Assembly: GCA_965233535.1 (NCBI GenBank)
Contig: OZ247489.1
Location: 254,566 to 318,565 of the forward strand
DNA from: Rickettsiales bacterium
GTDB lineage: Bacteria > Pseudomonadota > Alphaproteobacteria > CAJXXZ01 > 1604HC
Length of the DNA stretch: 64,000 nt
Direction: 5' to 3'
The position numbers and the translations under genes were made by a program. How positions within the stretch are numbered: position 1 is the first letter of the stretch; every line of letters begins with the position of its first letter. The notes beneath the pieces were generated by a model. It was given only the letters and a program-made list of their open reading frames with translations. It made no database searches and was not told the origin of the DNA. Of the stretch, positions 10,428-21,458 are shown in pieces.

Positions 10428-11129
10428 ATGGAGGTTTGCTTGAGCAACATAACAAATATTGAGGTTAAAAACTCTATCAAAGGACTAGCGCTAATCAGTG
10501 AATATAGTTTAAGTAATGATATTATTGGGTTTAAGACTGAGACTAAGGTTTATGATTTGCATGCCGATGTTCCAGCTGGATCAATAGTTACTCCTTTATA
10601 CAAAAGTGATGATGAATACATACATTTTCTTAGACATGATGCTGCACATGTGTTGGCGCAAGGTTTAACAGTTTTATTTCCAAAAGTAGAATTTGGTAAA
10701 CAGTTTTTCCAAGATGTTCATGTTTTTGGATTTGGTGTATATTTGCCAGAACATAAATTCACAAAAGATGATTTCTCATCAATTGAAAATGCTATGAAGC
10801 AAGTTATAGCTAGAAAAGATAACCTTATTAGATATGTATGGTCTAAAGCAGAAGCAAAAGAAAAGTTTGAAGGCGATAGTTTTAAGCAAGATATTATTAC
10901 AAATGCACCAGGTGATATAATGGCTTATGAGCATGGAGATTACATAGATATTTGTGGTGGACCACGTGGTTTGAATAATGATCATATTGAGCATTTTGTA
11001 CTTCTGGATATTAAAGATACAGCATGGATGTATGATTCAAATAAAAAAATGCAAACAATTATTGGTGCATGCTTTAGATCTAAAGCAGAAATGGACAAAT
11101 TTATGAATTCATATTCAGGTTCTATATGA
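10428..11129 (+). CDS. Stand-alone ThrRS N-terminal (TGS-like plus editing/SAD) domain protein
   Basis: LRHDAAHVLAQ, DICGGPR, AWMYDSNKKMQTIIG; homologous to the first ~230 aa of the adjacent ThrS; ATGA overlap with thrS. Confidence 0.85.
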   Translation: MEVCLSNITNIEVKNSIKGLALISEYSLSNDIIGFKTETKVYDLHADVPAGSIVTPLYKSDDEYIHFLRHDAAHVLAQGLTVLFPKVEFGKQFFQDVHVFGFGVYLPEHKFTKDDFSSIENAMKQVIARKDNLIRYVWSKAEAKEKFEGDSFKQDIITNAPGDIMAYEHGDYIDICGGPRGLNNDHIEHFVLLDIKDTAWMYDSNKKMQTIIGACFRSKAEMDKFMNSYSGSI

Positions 11130-13006
11130 TAGAAGTAAAGTTAGATAACTCTGTAGAGCAATTTGGATCTGGTGTCCCGGCATTTTCCATAATCGAAGAA
11201 TTAGGTCTAAAAGCTAAGAATTTTATAGGTTTTAAATGTGATAAAACTGGCAAAATATATGACCTTCATAGCTATATTAGAGGGCCAATTACTGTTTCTC
11301 CAATTAAAACAAAAACTCTAGAACATTTACAAATGATTAGACATGACTCTGCAAATATTTTAGCAAGTTCTTTATGTGAATTATATGGAAGTAAAATTGT
11401 AGATATTAAAGTTACAGAAAATGGATTTTATGTAGATTTCTATAATAAATCACAGTTGTCTGAGAAGAATTTTACTGAAACAGAAAAAGCAATGAAATCT
11501 AAAGTAGCTAAATCTACAAAATTTGAACTAAACTCTTTAAACAAAGAGGAAGCTTTAGAATTATTTAATGATTTAGGAAATGAATTTATAGTTAAAACAA
11601 TTGAAAAAAGTGCTTCTGAGTGTTTTATGGTACATGGACATGGGTCTTATAGAATATTATCTGATGGGCCAAGAAGTTTGAGTTCTAGTTCTGCAAACCA
11701 TTTTAAACTGTTAACAATTTCAGGATCTTCTTGGGATCATGGAGATGAAAAATTACAACGAATTCATGGAACATGTTGGTATAGTAAGGAATTATTAGAG
11801 AGCCACTTGGTAGAATTAGAAGAAAATTTAAAGTGGGATCATCGTGTTCTTGGGCAAAAAATGTCTCTATTTCACATTGACCCTGAAATCTCAAGTGGAA
11901 TGGTGTTTTGGTTACCAAATGGTATAAAAATATTGAACAAAGTGAAGCAATATTTACAATCTATTTTGTTGAAACATGATTACAATGAAATTTCTACACC
12001 AATAGTTATGAATGCTAATTTATGGGAAAAGTCTGGTCACACAGAAATGTTCAAAGAAAACATGATGTTTATGAAGTTGCATGACGAAGAATATGCGCTT
12101 AAGCCTATGAGTTGTCCTGGTCATATCAGTGTTTTCAAATTAGGTAATAAAAGTTATAGAGATTTACCTTATAAATTATCTGAATTTGGTATATGTCATA
12201 GATATGAACCATCTGGTGCCTTGCATGGATTAATGAGAGCTAGAAGTTTTACGCAAGACGATGCTCATGTTTTCTGTTCACAAGAGCAAATTGAAGAAGT
12301 TATTATAACTTTCTGTGCAATGTTGAAAGAAATATACAAAAAGTTTGGATTTGAAGATGTTTTAGTATGTTTAGCTACACGCCCTGAAAAGTATATTGGA
12401 GAACTTTCTTCTTGGGATGATGCTGAAGCTGCTTTGCTTGAAGCTGCGAAAAAATCTAACCTTACTTGTACAATCAATCAAGGAGAAGGGGCTTTTTATG
12501 GTCCTAAATTAGAATTCTCTATTAAAGATAAAAGAGGGCATGTTTGGCAGTGTGGAACCATTCAGGTTGATTTTTCATTAGCAAAAAGACTTGACGCTAC
12601 TTATGCAAATGAGAACTCTGAGCAAAAAACTCCTGTTGTGGTTCACCATGCTGTATTAGGTTCTTTGGAGAGATTCTTAGGTATATTGTTGGAAAACACA
12701 ACTGGACTTTTGCCTGTATGGATGCATCCATATCCTGTTGTTATTGTGCCAATTAAAGAAGAGCAAAGTGAATATGCAAAGCAAGTTCAGGCTCAAATTA
12801 ATTCCATTAATGTGAATTCATGCATAGATAACACAAATCAGAGTTTGGGTTATAAAATAAGACATTGGTCTGAAAAGAGAGCACATTTTTTTGTTATATT
12901 AGGTAAAAAAGAAGAAAATTCTCAAAAAGTGACACTAAGATCACTAGATGGGAAAGAAGAAAGCTTGACTTTAGTAGAGCTTTTGTCCAAAATCGGTAGT
13001 TGCTAA
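11126..13006 (+). CDS. thrS: Threonine--tRNA ligase
   Basis: DHRVLG, LKPMSCPGH, HRYEPSGALHGLMR, FTQDDAH, GEGAFYGPK, WQCGTIQ, GSLERF. Confidence 0.97.
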   Translation: MIEVKLDNSVEQFGSGVPAFSIIEELGLKAKNFIGFKCDKTGKIYDLHSYIRGPITVSPIKTKTLEHLQMIRHDSANILASSLCELYGSKIVDIKVTENGFYVDFYNKSQLSEKNFTETEKAMKSKVAKSTKFELNSLNKEEALELFNDLGNEFIVKTIEKSASECFMVHGHGSYRILSDGPRSLSSSSANHFKLLTISGSSWDHGDEKLQRIHGTCWYSKELLESHLVELEENLKWDHRVLGQKMSLFHIDPEISSGMVFWLPNGIKILNKVKQYLQSILLKHDYNEISTPIVMNANLWEKSGHTEMFKENMMFMKLHDEEYALKPMSCPGHISVFKLGNKSYRDLPYKLSEFGICHRYEPSGALHGLMRARSFTQDDAHVFCSQEQIEEVIITFCAMLKEIYKKFGFEDVLVCLATRPEKYIGELSSWDDAEAALLEAAKKSNLTCTINQGEGAFYGPKLEFSIKDKRGHVWQCGTIQVDFSLAKRLDATYANENSEQKTPVVVHHAVLGSLERFLGILLENTTGLLPVWMHPYPVVIVPIKEEQSEYAKQVQAQINSINVNSCIDNTNQSLGYKIRHWSEKRAHFFVILGKKEENSQKVTLRSLDGKEESLTLVELLSKIGSC

Positions 13007-13533
13007 TGAATAAAAATAAAAACAAAAATAAAAGAGTATTAATTAATGAGAAAATCTTAAGTAATCAAGTCTCTGTTATTAAAGATAAAGAAAATCTTGG
13101 TGTGATGTCTACACATGTTGCATTGGATATGGCTTATGATCAAGGTTTAGACCTTGTTCAAGTGCTTGATGGTCAAATTCCAACATGTAAGCTGACTGAT
13201 CATAAAAAAGATTTATATGTGCTAGATAAGAAAAATGCAAAAATCAAAAGAAATGCTAAAAGCACTGTATTAAAAGAAATTCAAATTAGACCTAAAATAG
13301 GGGACCATGATTTTGAAACAAAATTACAACGTGCTAGGAAATTTATTGCAGCAGGAAACAAAGTAAAAGTTGTTTTGCGATTGCGTGGAAGAGAAAAAGC
13401 TCATGTTGATCTAAATATTGGAAATATTTTGGATAAATTTACTGAAGCATTAGTTGATGTAGCTAAAGTAGAGAAAAACCCAGCAGCTGAAGATAAAAAC
13501 AGAATTCATATGACTCTAAAACCAAATTCATGA
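13006..13533 (+). CDS. infC: Translation initiation factor IF-3 (start uncertain)
   Basis: INEKI, GLDLV, KEIQIRPKIGDHDF, KVKV.LRLRGRE; follows thrS. Confidence 0.95.
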   Translation: MNKNKNKNKRVLINEKILSNQVSVIKDKENLGVMSTHVALDMAYDQGLDLVQVLDGQIPTCKLTDHKKDLYVLDKKNAKIKRNAKSTVLKEIQIRPKIGDHDFETKLQRARKFIAAGNKVKVVLRLRGREKAHVDLNIGNILDKFTEALVDVAKVEKNPAAEDKNRIHMTLKPNS

Positions 13534-15308
13534 TATTTTCATATATTATACAATTAGTTTGGGGATTCATATGCTTCAACTTTGTTGCATTGCTTTTATT
13601 CTCATTTAATTCTTTGAATCAGAAAAAAATTTCATTTTTAAAATATAATATCCCATTTGCTTCTGTAAGATTACAAAGTGATAGTATTGATATAAATAAA
13701 ATGAAATATGCATCAATTAAGCTTGAAAGATTAAATTTTAATTTAATAAATCGAAGTGCTGATATACATAATTTGAAAATTTTCAATATATTATTTAATT
13801 TTAATATAAAACATTCCAAAGGGCTGATTATTCGTGGTGATTTATGTAATAATAAAGTTCAATTTAATTATAGTTTAATTAAAAACAGAGTGAAATTTGA
13901 CTGTAATGGAATCACAGATTTGATTGCAGAGGGAACTTATTATGATCAAAAGGCTTTGTTAAAATTCACTAATACAGAAGGTTATTTTAATTTACTAAAA
14001 GATAACTTATATATCAGAATTAATCATGCAGATTATTTTTTAAATTTAAAGGCAAATATCAAAGATTTTAAAGTAGATAAAGCGCAGTTTAATTTAAAAA
14101 AGAACTCTCAGAATAAGATGATTAATTTAACAGTTGGTAAAGATGTGCTGTTTGAGTCAAAAAACAAAACTATGCACTTAAAACTTAACCTTAATAAAAG
14201 TTTAAATGGGTTTGGATCATTAGATATATATAATAAGTTTGGTATTTTTGATTCTAATCTTAATTTTAAACTTGATATGTCAAAAAAAGGATTGTTTGCA
14301 CATAATTTTGGAAAACAAAGACTGCGTATTTCAGAGTTTGGATTTGATTCTAATAAGGTAAATTGGGTTTTAAATATTGACCCTATGGTTCAATCATTTG
14401 TTTTAGACAGCAAAGACCTTAAATTAAATGCTAAGTTTATTCAAGATTATATTAAATTTACTTTAGGTTTTTATTCTAAAAAAGTAGATATAAATGCAAA
14501 AGGAACTATCGATTATAAAGAAAATATTGTAATTGATAGTACTGGAAATTATATTTCTTTACTTGATATGAAGCCACTATTTGGGAAAAAAAGTGAAAAC
14601 ACTATTAAAGGAAAGTTCAAATGGAAAAAGGCAAAATGGATTGAAGGTTTGTTTTTAGAAGACATGGAAATAAAGGTATATAAAAGCAAAGAAGGGCTTA
14701 AGTCTTGTACAATAAAATCTCATTTTGAGAATAATAAAGTTAAGTTATGGAAAAATTCTCTTGAATCTCCACTTCATTTTAAAGTATGGAATTTTGCACG
14801 TGCTTTTGAGCTTATGTATGGAGATCAAATTTTTAAATCAACAGGAATCTTGAATGGAGAAATTTTTATACAAAAAGATGGAATGCCTTGGAGTTTTATG
14901 TTGCATGAGTTTGAAAGTATCAATTATTTGACTGCGATTTACCTTCAATTGTTTTCTTTGAGATTTTGGACATCTATGATTAAGCGAGGTCAAAAAAAAT
15001 GGGATTATCTTTATGGTTTTGGAAATTTCACTAATACAAAATATAACATTGAAGGCTTTATTATGGAAAATGATTATTTTAGGGTAGATGGGGCTGGGTT
15101 TATACATAGATATGAAGATTTACTTTCTATTGATGGTTACCTGTTATCTAAATCCATTACTAGCGATCTGAAAGATTTATTAAAACAGAAACAAAATAAA
15201 ATTCCATTTCAAATGAATGGTAGTATTAAGGATCCAAAAATTACACATCAAACTAGTTTTAAAAAGCTTATATCTCCTATTTTGCCTTTTGCATTTTTTC
15301 TACTATAG
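13530..15308 (+). CDS. Divergent AsmA-like beta-rich envelope protein
   Basis: N-terminal TM helix, beta-strand periodicity, C-terminal FQMNGSIKDPKI resembling AsmA-family tails. Confidence 0.5.
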   Translation: MIFSYIIQLVWGFICFNFVALLLFSFNSLNQKKISFLKYNIPFASVRLQSDSIDINKMKYASIKLERLNFNLINRSADIHNLKIFNILFNFNIKHSKGLIIRGDLCNNKVQFNYSLIKNRVKFDCNGITDLIAEGTYYDQKALLKFTNTEGYFNLLKDNLYIRINHADYFLNLKANIKDFKVDKAQFNLKKNSQNKMINLTVGKDVLFESKNKTMHLKLNLNKSLNGFGSLDIYNKFGIFDSNLNFKLDMSKKGLFAHNFGKQRLRISEFGFDSNKVNWVLNIDPMVQSFVLDSKDLKLNAKFIQDYIKFTLGFYSKKVDINAKGTIDYKENIVIDSTGNYISLLDMKPLFGKKSENTIKGKFKWKKAKWIEGLFLEDMEIKVYKSKEGLKSCTIKSHFENNKVKLWKNSLESPLHFKVWNFARAFELMYGDQIFKSTGILNGEIFIQKDGMPWSFMLHEFESINYLTAIYLQLFSLRFWTSMIKRGQKKWDYLYGFGNFTNTKYNIEGFIMENDYFRVDGAGFIHRYEDLLSIDGYLLSKSITSDLKDLLKQKQNKIPFQMNGSIKDPKITHQTSFKKLISPILPFAFFLL

Positions 15309-15735
15309 TATATATTGATTTTAAATAATTTATATAATCATGCAGATTATAGGTATCATATATGTATAAGACCCTTTATTTGCTTGCATCTGATAAAAAA
15401 TTCATATAAATGTCTTTTATTAATACTGTGAAAGAATGTTTGTAATTCAAACTTATTATTGTAAATTATCAACTGTATATTCACATAATTATATTTTGAT
15501 AAACATTGCCTTTTTTGCTGTAATAATCTGAAAAATGATGATCTATATTTGTTACAATCATTAGTTTCATCATATAAAGTGAATTTATTTCTATGCGTGT
15601 TTTTGTTTTAAAAGATAAATACAGTATTTATGATAACACTACTATTATTGCATATAAACTCAGATTCCATTCCATTGATTTTTCATTGCAATAAGCTTAA
15701 TTATTTTGAAATTTGATTTATAAATTAAAAGCAAA

Positions 15736-15777
15736 AAAACTTTCATGCCATAAATAAAATTTATAACAGAAAGTTTT
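15736..15777 (-). terminator. Possible tuf terminator hairpin
   Basis: aaactttc...gaaagttt inverted repeat ~30 bp past the tuf stop. Confidence 0.3.
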
Positions 15778-15808
15778 ATCATGTATATGTTGTAATTATT
15801 TTGGTGAA

Positions 15809-17005
15809 TTATTTAACAATAGCAGTTACAACACCTGCTCCTACTGTTCTTCCACCTTCTCTAATTGCAAAACGTAATTCTTTTTCCATCGCAATTGGAG
15901 AGTTTAATGTAACAGAGATTCTATCTATGCTATCACCAGGCTTAACCATGTCTACACCTTCAGGCAATGTAATTTCACCTGTTACGTCAGTAGTTCTGAA
16001 GTAGAATTGTGGTCTGTATTTTGTCATGAAAGGTGTTGTTCTTCCACCTTCTTCACTCTTTAATACGTAAACTGTACATTCAAACTTATCATGAGGTGTT
16101 ATTGTTTTAGGTTTCGCGATAACTTGACCTCTTTGAATATCATCTCTCTTAACTCCTCTAAGCAATACACCAACATTGTCACCAGCTTCAGCATGTTGCA
16201 TAGACTTTCTAAACATTTCTACACCAGTTACAGTTGTTGTTTGAGTTTCTCTAATTCCAACTATTTCAATAGTGTCTCCAACTTTAACTTGACCTGTTTC
16301 AATACGTCCAGTTGCAACTGTTCCTCTTCCTTCAATTGAAAATACATCTTCAACAGACATAAGGAAGTCTTTATCAATAGGTCTTTTTGGCAATGGAACA
16401 TATGTGTCCAATGCTTCCATTAAGTCTAAAATAGCTTTTTTACCTAATGTGTCTGAATCTTTACCTTCTAGACCGCTAAGAGCAGAACCTTTAATGATTG
16501 GAGTGTTGTCTTTCAAAAATCCTTGTTCATCCAATAATTCTTTGATTTCCTCTTCAACTAATTCAATCATATCTGGATCATCAACAAGATCTACCTTGTT
16601 AATAAATACAAGTAAGTAAGGAACATTAACCTGTTTAGCTAATAGAATATGCTCTCTAGTTTGAGGCATGGCACCATCAGTAGCAGATACAACTAAAATA
16701 CCTGCATCCATTTGAGCTGCTCCAGTAATCATGTTTTTCACATAATCAGCGTGACCAGGACAGTCAACGTGAGCATAATGTCTGTTTGCTGTCTCATATT
16801 CAACGTGAGCAGTGGTAATAGTAATACCTCTTGCCTTTTCTTCTGGTGCTGAGTCAATGGCATTATAACCTTTAAACTCCGCGTTTCCAGATTCAGAAAG
16901 AACCTTTGTAATTGCCGCTGTTAAAGTTGTTTTACCATGATCAACGTGACCAATGGTACCTACATTCATATGCGGCTTATTTCGTTTAAATTCTTCTCTA
17001 GCCAT
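15809..17005 (-). CDS. tuf: Elongation factor Tu
   Basis: [37 protein letters not shown]; ATG at 17005 after a GGGGG SD-like run. Confidence 0.99.
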   Translation of the reverse strand: MAREEFKRNKPHMNVGTIGHVDHGKTTLTAAITKVLSESGNAEFKGYNAIDSAPEEKARGITITTAHVEYETANRHYAHVDCPGHADYVKNMITGAAQMDAGILVVSATDGAMPQTREHILLAKQVNVPYLLVFINKVDLVDDPDMIELVEEEIKELLDEQGFLKDNTPIIKGSALSGLEGKDSDTLGKKAILDLMEALDTYVPLPKRPIDKDFLMSVEDVFSIEGRGTVATGRIETGQVKVGDTIEIVGIRETQTTTVTGVEMFRKSMQHAEAGDNVGVLLRGVKRDDIQRGQVIAKPKTITPHDKFECTVYVLKSEEGGRTTPFMTKYRPQFYFRTTDVTGEITLPEGVDMVKPGDSIDRISVTLNSPIAMEKELRFAIREGGRTVGAGVVTAIVK

Positions 17006-17048
17006 TCTAAAACCCCCTAGTAAAAAAAAGTACTCTAGCAAAAAAATG

Positions 17049-17120
17049 AGCGGGCGATGGGAGTCGAACCCACGTCCCCAGCTTGGAAGGCTGGTGCTCT
17101 AGCCATTGAGCTACGCCCGC
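17049..17120 (-). tRNA. tRNA-Gly(TCC)
   Basis: GCGGGCG acceptor stem, TCC anticodon, GTTCGA T-loop; no encoded CCA. Confidence 0.95.
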
Positions 17121-17127
17121 GTAAAAA

Positions 17128-17212
17128 TGAAGGGAGTAGGATTCGAACCTACGTAGACGACACCGTCGGCAGGTTTACAGCCTGCTGCCTTTAACCACTC
17201 GACCATCCCTCC
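17128..17212 (-). tRNA. tRNA-Tyr(GTA)
   Basis: GGAGGGA acceptor stem, GTA anticodon, long variable arm; classic Tyr-Gly-tuf order. Confidence 0.95.
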
Positions 17213-17379
17213 GTCAAGCTTAGAGTTACTGTACTAATTTCTACTTTTTTATACATTTTGTCAAGTGACATTTGTTTGAAAATATATTGTTTATATGGAA
17301 AAGCAAAATAAAATAAATAAATCATTTGTAGTGAAAATTTATAATGGAAAAATCATCCTTAAAGTGTTATGTTTTTTAT

Positions 17380-18285
17380 CTAATTACAAGAAAATGTTTT
17401 ATGATACGTTTGCAATTCATAAATCACTCTTGCAAGGTTATCTAAATATGTTCTATTAAACACTTCATCTGAAGATTTTCCACCAACACCGATGATAGAG
17501 TTTATTTTAATTGAGTTTATGGCAACCATTTTCTGATATTCTATGAAAGGAGTAGAGGAAATAATTAATATTTTTTCTTTTCCTGAAAGTTTGTTTTTTT
17601 CTTTCCAATATGAAAGGGTGTCTTTTGAAGTATGTCTCTTCCCATCTTTTGGAACATTATCTGGACCTTCAAATATTACGTTCATATTTTGTAAAATTTC
17701 TGCAACTAAGATTTGTGCAATATTCTTTTCTGTTTTGTAGTGAATGTAATTTCCATCTAAATCTTCTCTGGCATCTCTATGTCCATATAGCATAAATATG
17801 CTTTTGCATTTCAATCCATTTTTTAGCAATCTATTTACATAATTTAGCCTGTTTATCATGTTTTTAGCTCCAGCTCCAAGAATTAATACATAGTCATATT
17901 CTATATCATAATCAGGGTGTTGTTCTTTATTTAAATGCATTGGAATAATTTGAGAATGTGTAGATTTTAATTTGATTTCTGGCCTTTCAGTTCCGGCTTT
18001 TCTTAACCATTCCATTTGTGTAATATTCACAAGCTCATCAAGTGTTTTAAAATTGGTTATGTCAGACTGCTCTAACACTTCAATTATTACTATAGGATCA
18101 TATAATTTTTCACCCATAATTGATGTGCATAGTTTAATAACAATATTACGCTGATTTTCATTTAATTGTTTTGTGAAAGTTTTAGCAATATTAGGTTGTT
18201 GAGTTTCATTCAGTTGTTTTGCTAAAGATTCTTTGAAAGAAAATAACAACACGGATATAAATAAATGTTTTGTAAAATGATTCAT
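17380..18285 (-). CDS. Secreted protein, probable YdcF/ElyC (DUF218)-like Rossmann fold
   Basis: Signal peptide ending SLA; YDYVLILGA, RL, TE, HTSKDT, LIISSTPF..YQ, LDNLAR pattern. Confidence 0.5.
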   Translation of the reverse strand: MNHFTKHLFISVLLFSFKESLAKQLNETQQPNIAKTFTKQLNENQRNIVIKLCTSIMGEKLYDPIVIIEVLEQSDITNFKTLDELVNITQMEWLRKAGTERPEIKLKSTHSQIIPMHLNKEQHPDYDIEYDYVLILGAGAKNMINRLNYVNRLLKNGLKCKSIFMLYGHRDAREDLDGNYIHYKTEKNIAQILVAEILQNMNVIFEGPDNVPKDGKRHTSKDTLSYWKEKNKLSGKEKILIISSTPFIEYQKMVAINSIKINSIIGVGGKSSDEVFNRTYLDNLARVIYELQTYHKTFSCN

Positions 18286-18326
18286 TGATAGCTACTATAC
18301 TCATATTAATTATAGTTGGCAATAAG

Positions 18327-19742
18327 TTATAATGTGAAATTATTTAAGTAATTTAATACTTCTTCTTGTGTAATTGATGGATTTGCTTTTCCTTTTGATG
18401 CCTTCATTATCTGTCCTACAAAAAACTGTTTTAAATTCTCATTTCCAGATTTATAAGATTCAATTTCTTTCATAAATTTAGGAAGTGTTGCTTCTATAAT
18501 TTTAACAATTTCTTCTCGTGAATTTATTTGTGCTAGTCCTTTTTTCTTTACTATTTCAATTGGATCTATATTATTTTCAATAAACTCAATCAATACATCT
18601 TTAGCAACTTTACCAGAAATATTTCCTTTGCTTATTTCGACAATTAGATTTTTTAAGAATTGAGGGTTGATTTCTGAATCAGGATGTTTCTTTAAGTATG
18701 AAATTACATCTCCAGTTATCCATTTAAATAAATTAAGCTTACTCTCTTCAGAAAGTTCATTAGAAGCTTCATTAAATAATTTTGTTAATCTTTCATCTTC
18801 AGCAATAATCCATGCATCTTGGAAATTCACACCAATCTTAGCAATGTCTTGGCAGACTTGATAAGGCAGGGCAGGTAGCTCTTGTTTGGCAATTTGCTGA
18901 TCATTTAAAATCAATACAGGAATGTCTGGGTCTGGCATATACCTATAATCTGCTGCATCTTCTTTGTTTCTCATATGTATTGTTTCACCAGTAGTGTCAT
19001 TAAACAACCTGGTTTCTTGAACAATTGTTCCGCCTTCATCTAATATTTGAGACTGTCTAGCATATTCGTACATAATTGCTTTTTTCATAAAATTCACAGA
19101 GTTTAAGTTTTTGATTTCAACCCTTGTTCCAAGTGGGTCTCCAGCTTTTCGTAGAGAAATATTTACATCAGCTCTTATTTGACCTTTTTCCATATTTCCA
19201 TCACATGTTCCAACTCTTCTTAAAGTGCTTTGCAAAACTCTGAAAAATGTTGCTGTTTCTTCTTCACTACATAAATCTGGCTCTGTGACTATCTCCATTA
19301 AAGGAATTCCACATCTATTTAAATCTATGTATGTACTTCCATCTTTATGAATACTTTTTCCTGCATCTGTTTCCATATGAATTCTATTAATTCTTATGTT
19401 TTTTATTTCACCATCAACCCAAATAGGCATCAGTCCATTTTCAGAAATTGGATGGTAAAACTGCGTAATTTGATATCCAAGAGGTAAGTCTGGGTAGAAA
19501 TAGTGTTTTCTATCAAATTGAGACTTTTTATTTACTTTTAGATTCAATGCAAAAGAGGAGGTGATTGCTTTGTTGACACATTCCTCATTAAGCACGGGAA
19601 GCGCTCCAGGCAATCCAAGATCTACATAATCAATACATGTGTTTGGTGCTTCTCCTTGAGTGGAAGCTCTAGAAAACATTTTTGCTTTTGTAGAAATTTG
19701 AGCGTGAACTTCAAGCCCTATAACCATTTCCCATTTTTTCAT
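18327..19742 (-). CDS. gatB: Asp/Glu-tRNA amidotransferase subunit B
   Basis: IGLEVHAQ, FDRKHYFYPDLP, DYRYMPDPD; ATGA overlap with the gatA stop. Confidence 0.97.
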   Translation of the reverse strand: MKKWEMVIGLEVHAQISTKAKMFSRASTQGEAPNTCIDYVDLGLPGALPVLNEECVNKAITSSFALNLKVNKKSQFDRKHYFYPDLPLGYQITQFYHPISENGLMPIWVDGEIKNIRINRIHMETDAGKSIHKDGSTYIDLNRCGIPLMEIVTEPDLCSEEETATFFRVLQSTLRRVGTCDGNMEKGQIRADVNISLRKAGDPLGTRVEIKNLNSVNFMKKAIMYEYARQSQILDEGGTIVQETRLFNDTTGETIHMRNKEDAADYRYMPDPDIPVLILNDQQIAKQELPALPYQVCQDIAKIGVNFQDAWIIAEDERLTKLFNEASNELSEESKLNLFKWITGDVISYLKKHPDSEINPQFLKNLIVEISKGNISGKVAKDVLIEFIENNIDPIEIVKKKGLAQINSREEIVKIIEATLPKFMKEIESYKSGNENLKQFFVGQIMKASKGKANPSITQEEVLNYLNNFTL

Positions 19743-21190
19743 TTTGAATTCCTTTCTGTCCAATTTGTGAACCCAGCATTTTCCTCAATTTTTTTAGCAG
19801 CTGAAATTAAGATTTCTTCATTGAATGGCTTACTCATTAAGTGTATTCCTAATGGTAAGTTTTGCTTTCCATATCCTATTGGAACTGATATTGCAGGTGA
19901 TCCTATTAAGTTAGCTAATACCGTAAACACATCTTCATGATATGCTTCTGATGGATTTTGAAATACACTATCTACTTCAAATGCTTCTCTTGGAGAGCAT
20001 GGGTAAACTATTAAATCTACATCTTGGAATATGCTTAAAAATTGCTCTTTTAAGTATTTTCTTGTTTTTAGTCCTAAATCATAACCTTGTGTATAATTTT
20101 CTGCAGATAAATTATGAACTCCCATAAATATACGTCTTCTTACTTCTTCTCCAAAAAGTGCGAAAGTTTTATTATAATTTTTATCAGTATTTGCTCTCTC
20201 ACCGTAACAAACTCCAGAATATCTAGCTAAGTTTGATGCTGCTTCTGATGAAGTCAATAAATAATAAGTAGATAAATATGAATCAAAATCTAATAAAGAA
20301 ATAGGTTTGACAATAGCTCCTAAATCTCTAAAAATATCTAATGCTTTTTCCCAATTTTGAATAACATGCTTATCTAAGCCTTCCATCCAATTTTGTGGAT
20401 ATCCAATAATTTTGCCCTTTAAAGATTGGTTGGCGGTTTCTAATGTAGGGATATCTTCAGTACTGGACATTGAATCTTTTGGATCATTACCCATCATATT
20501 ATCCATCATAATTGCTGCGTCTTTTACGCATCTTGCAAAAATACCTGCTTGATCAAATGATGATGCATATCCTACCATTCCTTGCCTAGAGCATCGGCCA
20601 TAAGAAGGTTTGAACCCTACAATTCCACAAAAAGAAGCTGGCTGTCTGACAGATCCTCCTGTATCACTTCCTAATGCCGCAAAACATGTTTCTGCTGCTA
20701 CTGCAGATGCACTTCCACCAGAAGATCCACCAGGAACTAAATCTTTTCCATTGCTCCATGGGTTAATAGAAGGTCCAAAACAACTTGTCCTATTAGATGA
20801 ACCCATTGCAAATTCGTCCATATTTAACTTTCCTAAACAAATTGCACCTTCATTCCAAAGTTTTTTAGTAACATGTGATTCAAATGGAGCAACAAAATTC
20901 TCAAGCACTTTTGAACAAGCTGTCATTCTTTCGCCTTTAACGCAGTACAAATCTTTAACCCCAATTGGAATTCCTTCTAAGTTTCTTGCATTCCCAGATT
21001 TGATTCTTTTCCAACTCTCTTCTGCTTGTTTGAAAGCTAAATCTTTGGTTAATGTGATAAAGTTATTTAATTTTGCATGCTTTTCGATTTGATCATATGC
21101 TTCACTAACTAACGTAAGAGGTGATATTTCTCCCTTTTTCAATAAATCCTTAATTTCATGTAACTTTAAATGGTTCGGGTTATTTGTCAT
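19739..21190 (-). CDS. gatA: Asp/Glu-tRNA amidotransferase subunit A
   Basis: KLNMDEFAMGSS, PGGSSGGSA, GSDTGGSVRQPA amidase signature; GGAG upstream of ATG at 21190. Confidence 0.97.
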   Translation of the reverse strand: MTNNPNHLKLHEIKDLLKKGEISPLTLVSEAYDQIEKHAKLNNFITLTKDLAFKQAEESWKRIKSGNARNLEGIPIGVKDLYCVKGERMTACSKVLENFVAPFESHVTKKLWNEGAICLGKLNMDEFAMGSSNRTSCFGPSINPWSNGKDLVPGGSSGGSASAVAAETCFAALGSDTGGSVRQPASFCGIVGFKPSYGRCSRQGMVGYASSFDQAGIFARCVKDAAIMMDNMMGNDPKDSMSSTEDIPTLETANQSLKGKIIGYPQNWMEGLDKHVIQNWEKALDIFRDLGAIVKPISLLDFDSYLSTYYLLTSSEAASNLARYSGVCYGERANTDKNYNKTFALFGEEVRRRIFMGVHNLSAENYTQGYDLGLKTRKYLKEQFLSIFQDVDLIVYPCSPREAFEVDSVFQNPSEAYHEDVFTVLANLIGSPAISVPIGYGKQNLPLGIHLMSKPFNEEILISAAKKIEENAGFTNWTERNSK

Positions 21191-21458
21191 CGATAACTCC
21201 ATCTACTACAAACATATTATCCTGATGTGACTTTGCATTAAGCATAGGATTAAATCCTTTTTCTATCATATTAACAGAAATGTCTTTTCTAAGTTCCGAC
21301 ATATTATATTTATATAGCTCTCCATCTGTTTGACCAATTTTTTGCATTTTCCCTATTAGCGCCATTATGTTTTCTAAATCCGCTGAAAGTTGGTTGAATT
21401 GGTTCTCATCTACTTTGATTTTTAAGATGTCTGATATTTTTTTAATTTGACATGGCAT
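21180..21458 (-). CDS. gatC: Amidotransferase subunit C (divergent)
   Basis: Size, position before gatA, LRKD and C-terminal FVVDGVI. Confidence 0.8.
   Translation of the reverse strand: MPCQIKKISDILKIKVDENQFNQLSADLENIMALIGKMQKIGQTDGELYKYNMSELRKDISVNMIEKGFNPMLNAKSHQDNMFVVDGVIDDK

Noticed and set aside
15309-15808. 500-bp gap as a hidden gene or ncRNA
   Set aside because: There is no convincing ORF, structure or homology; it may be decayed sequence.
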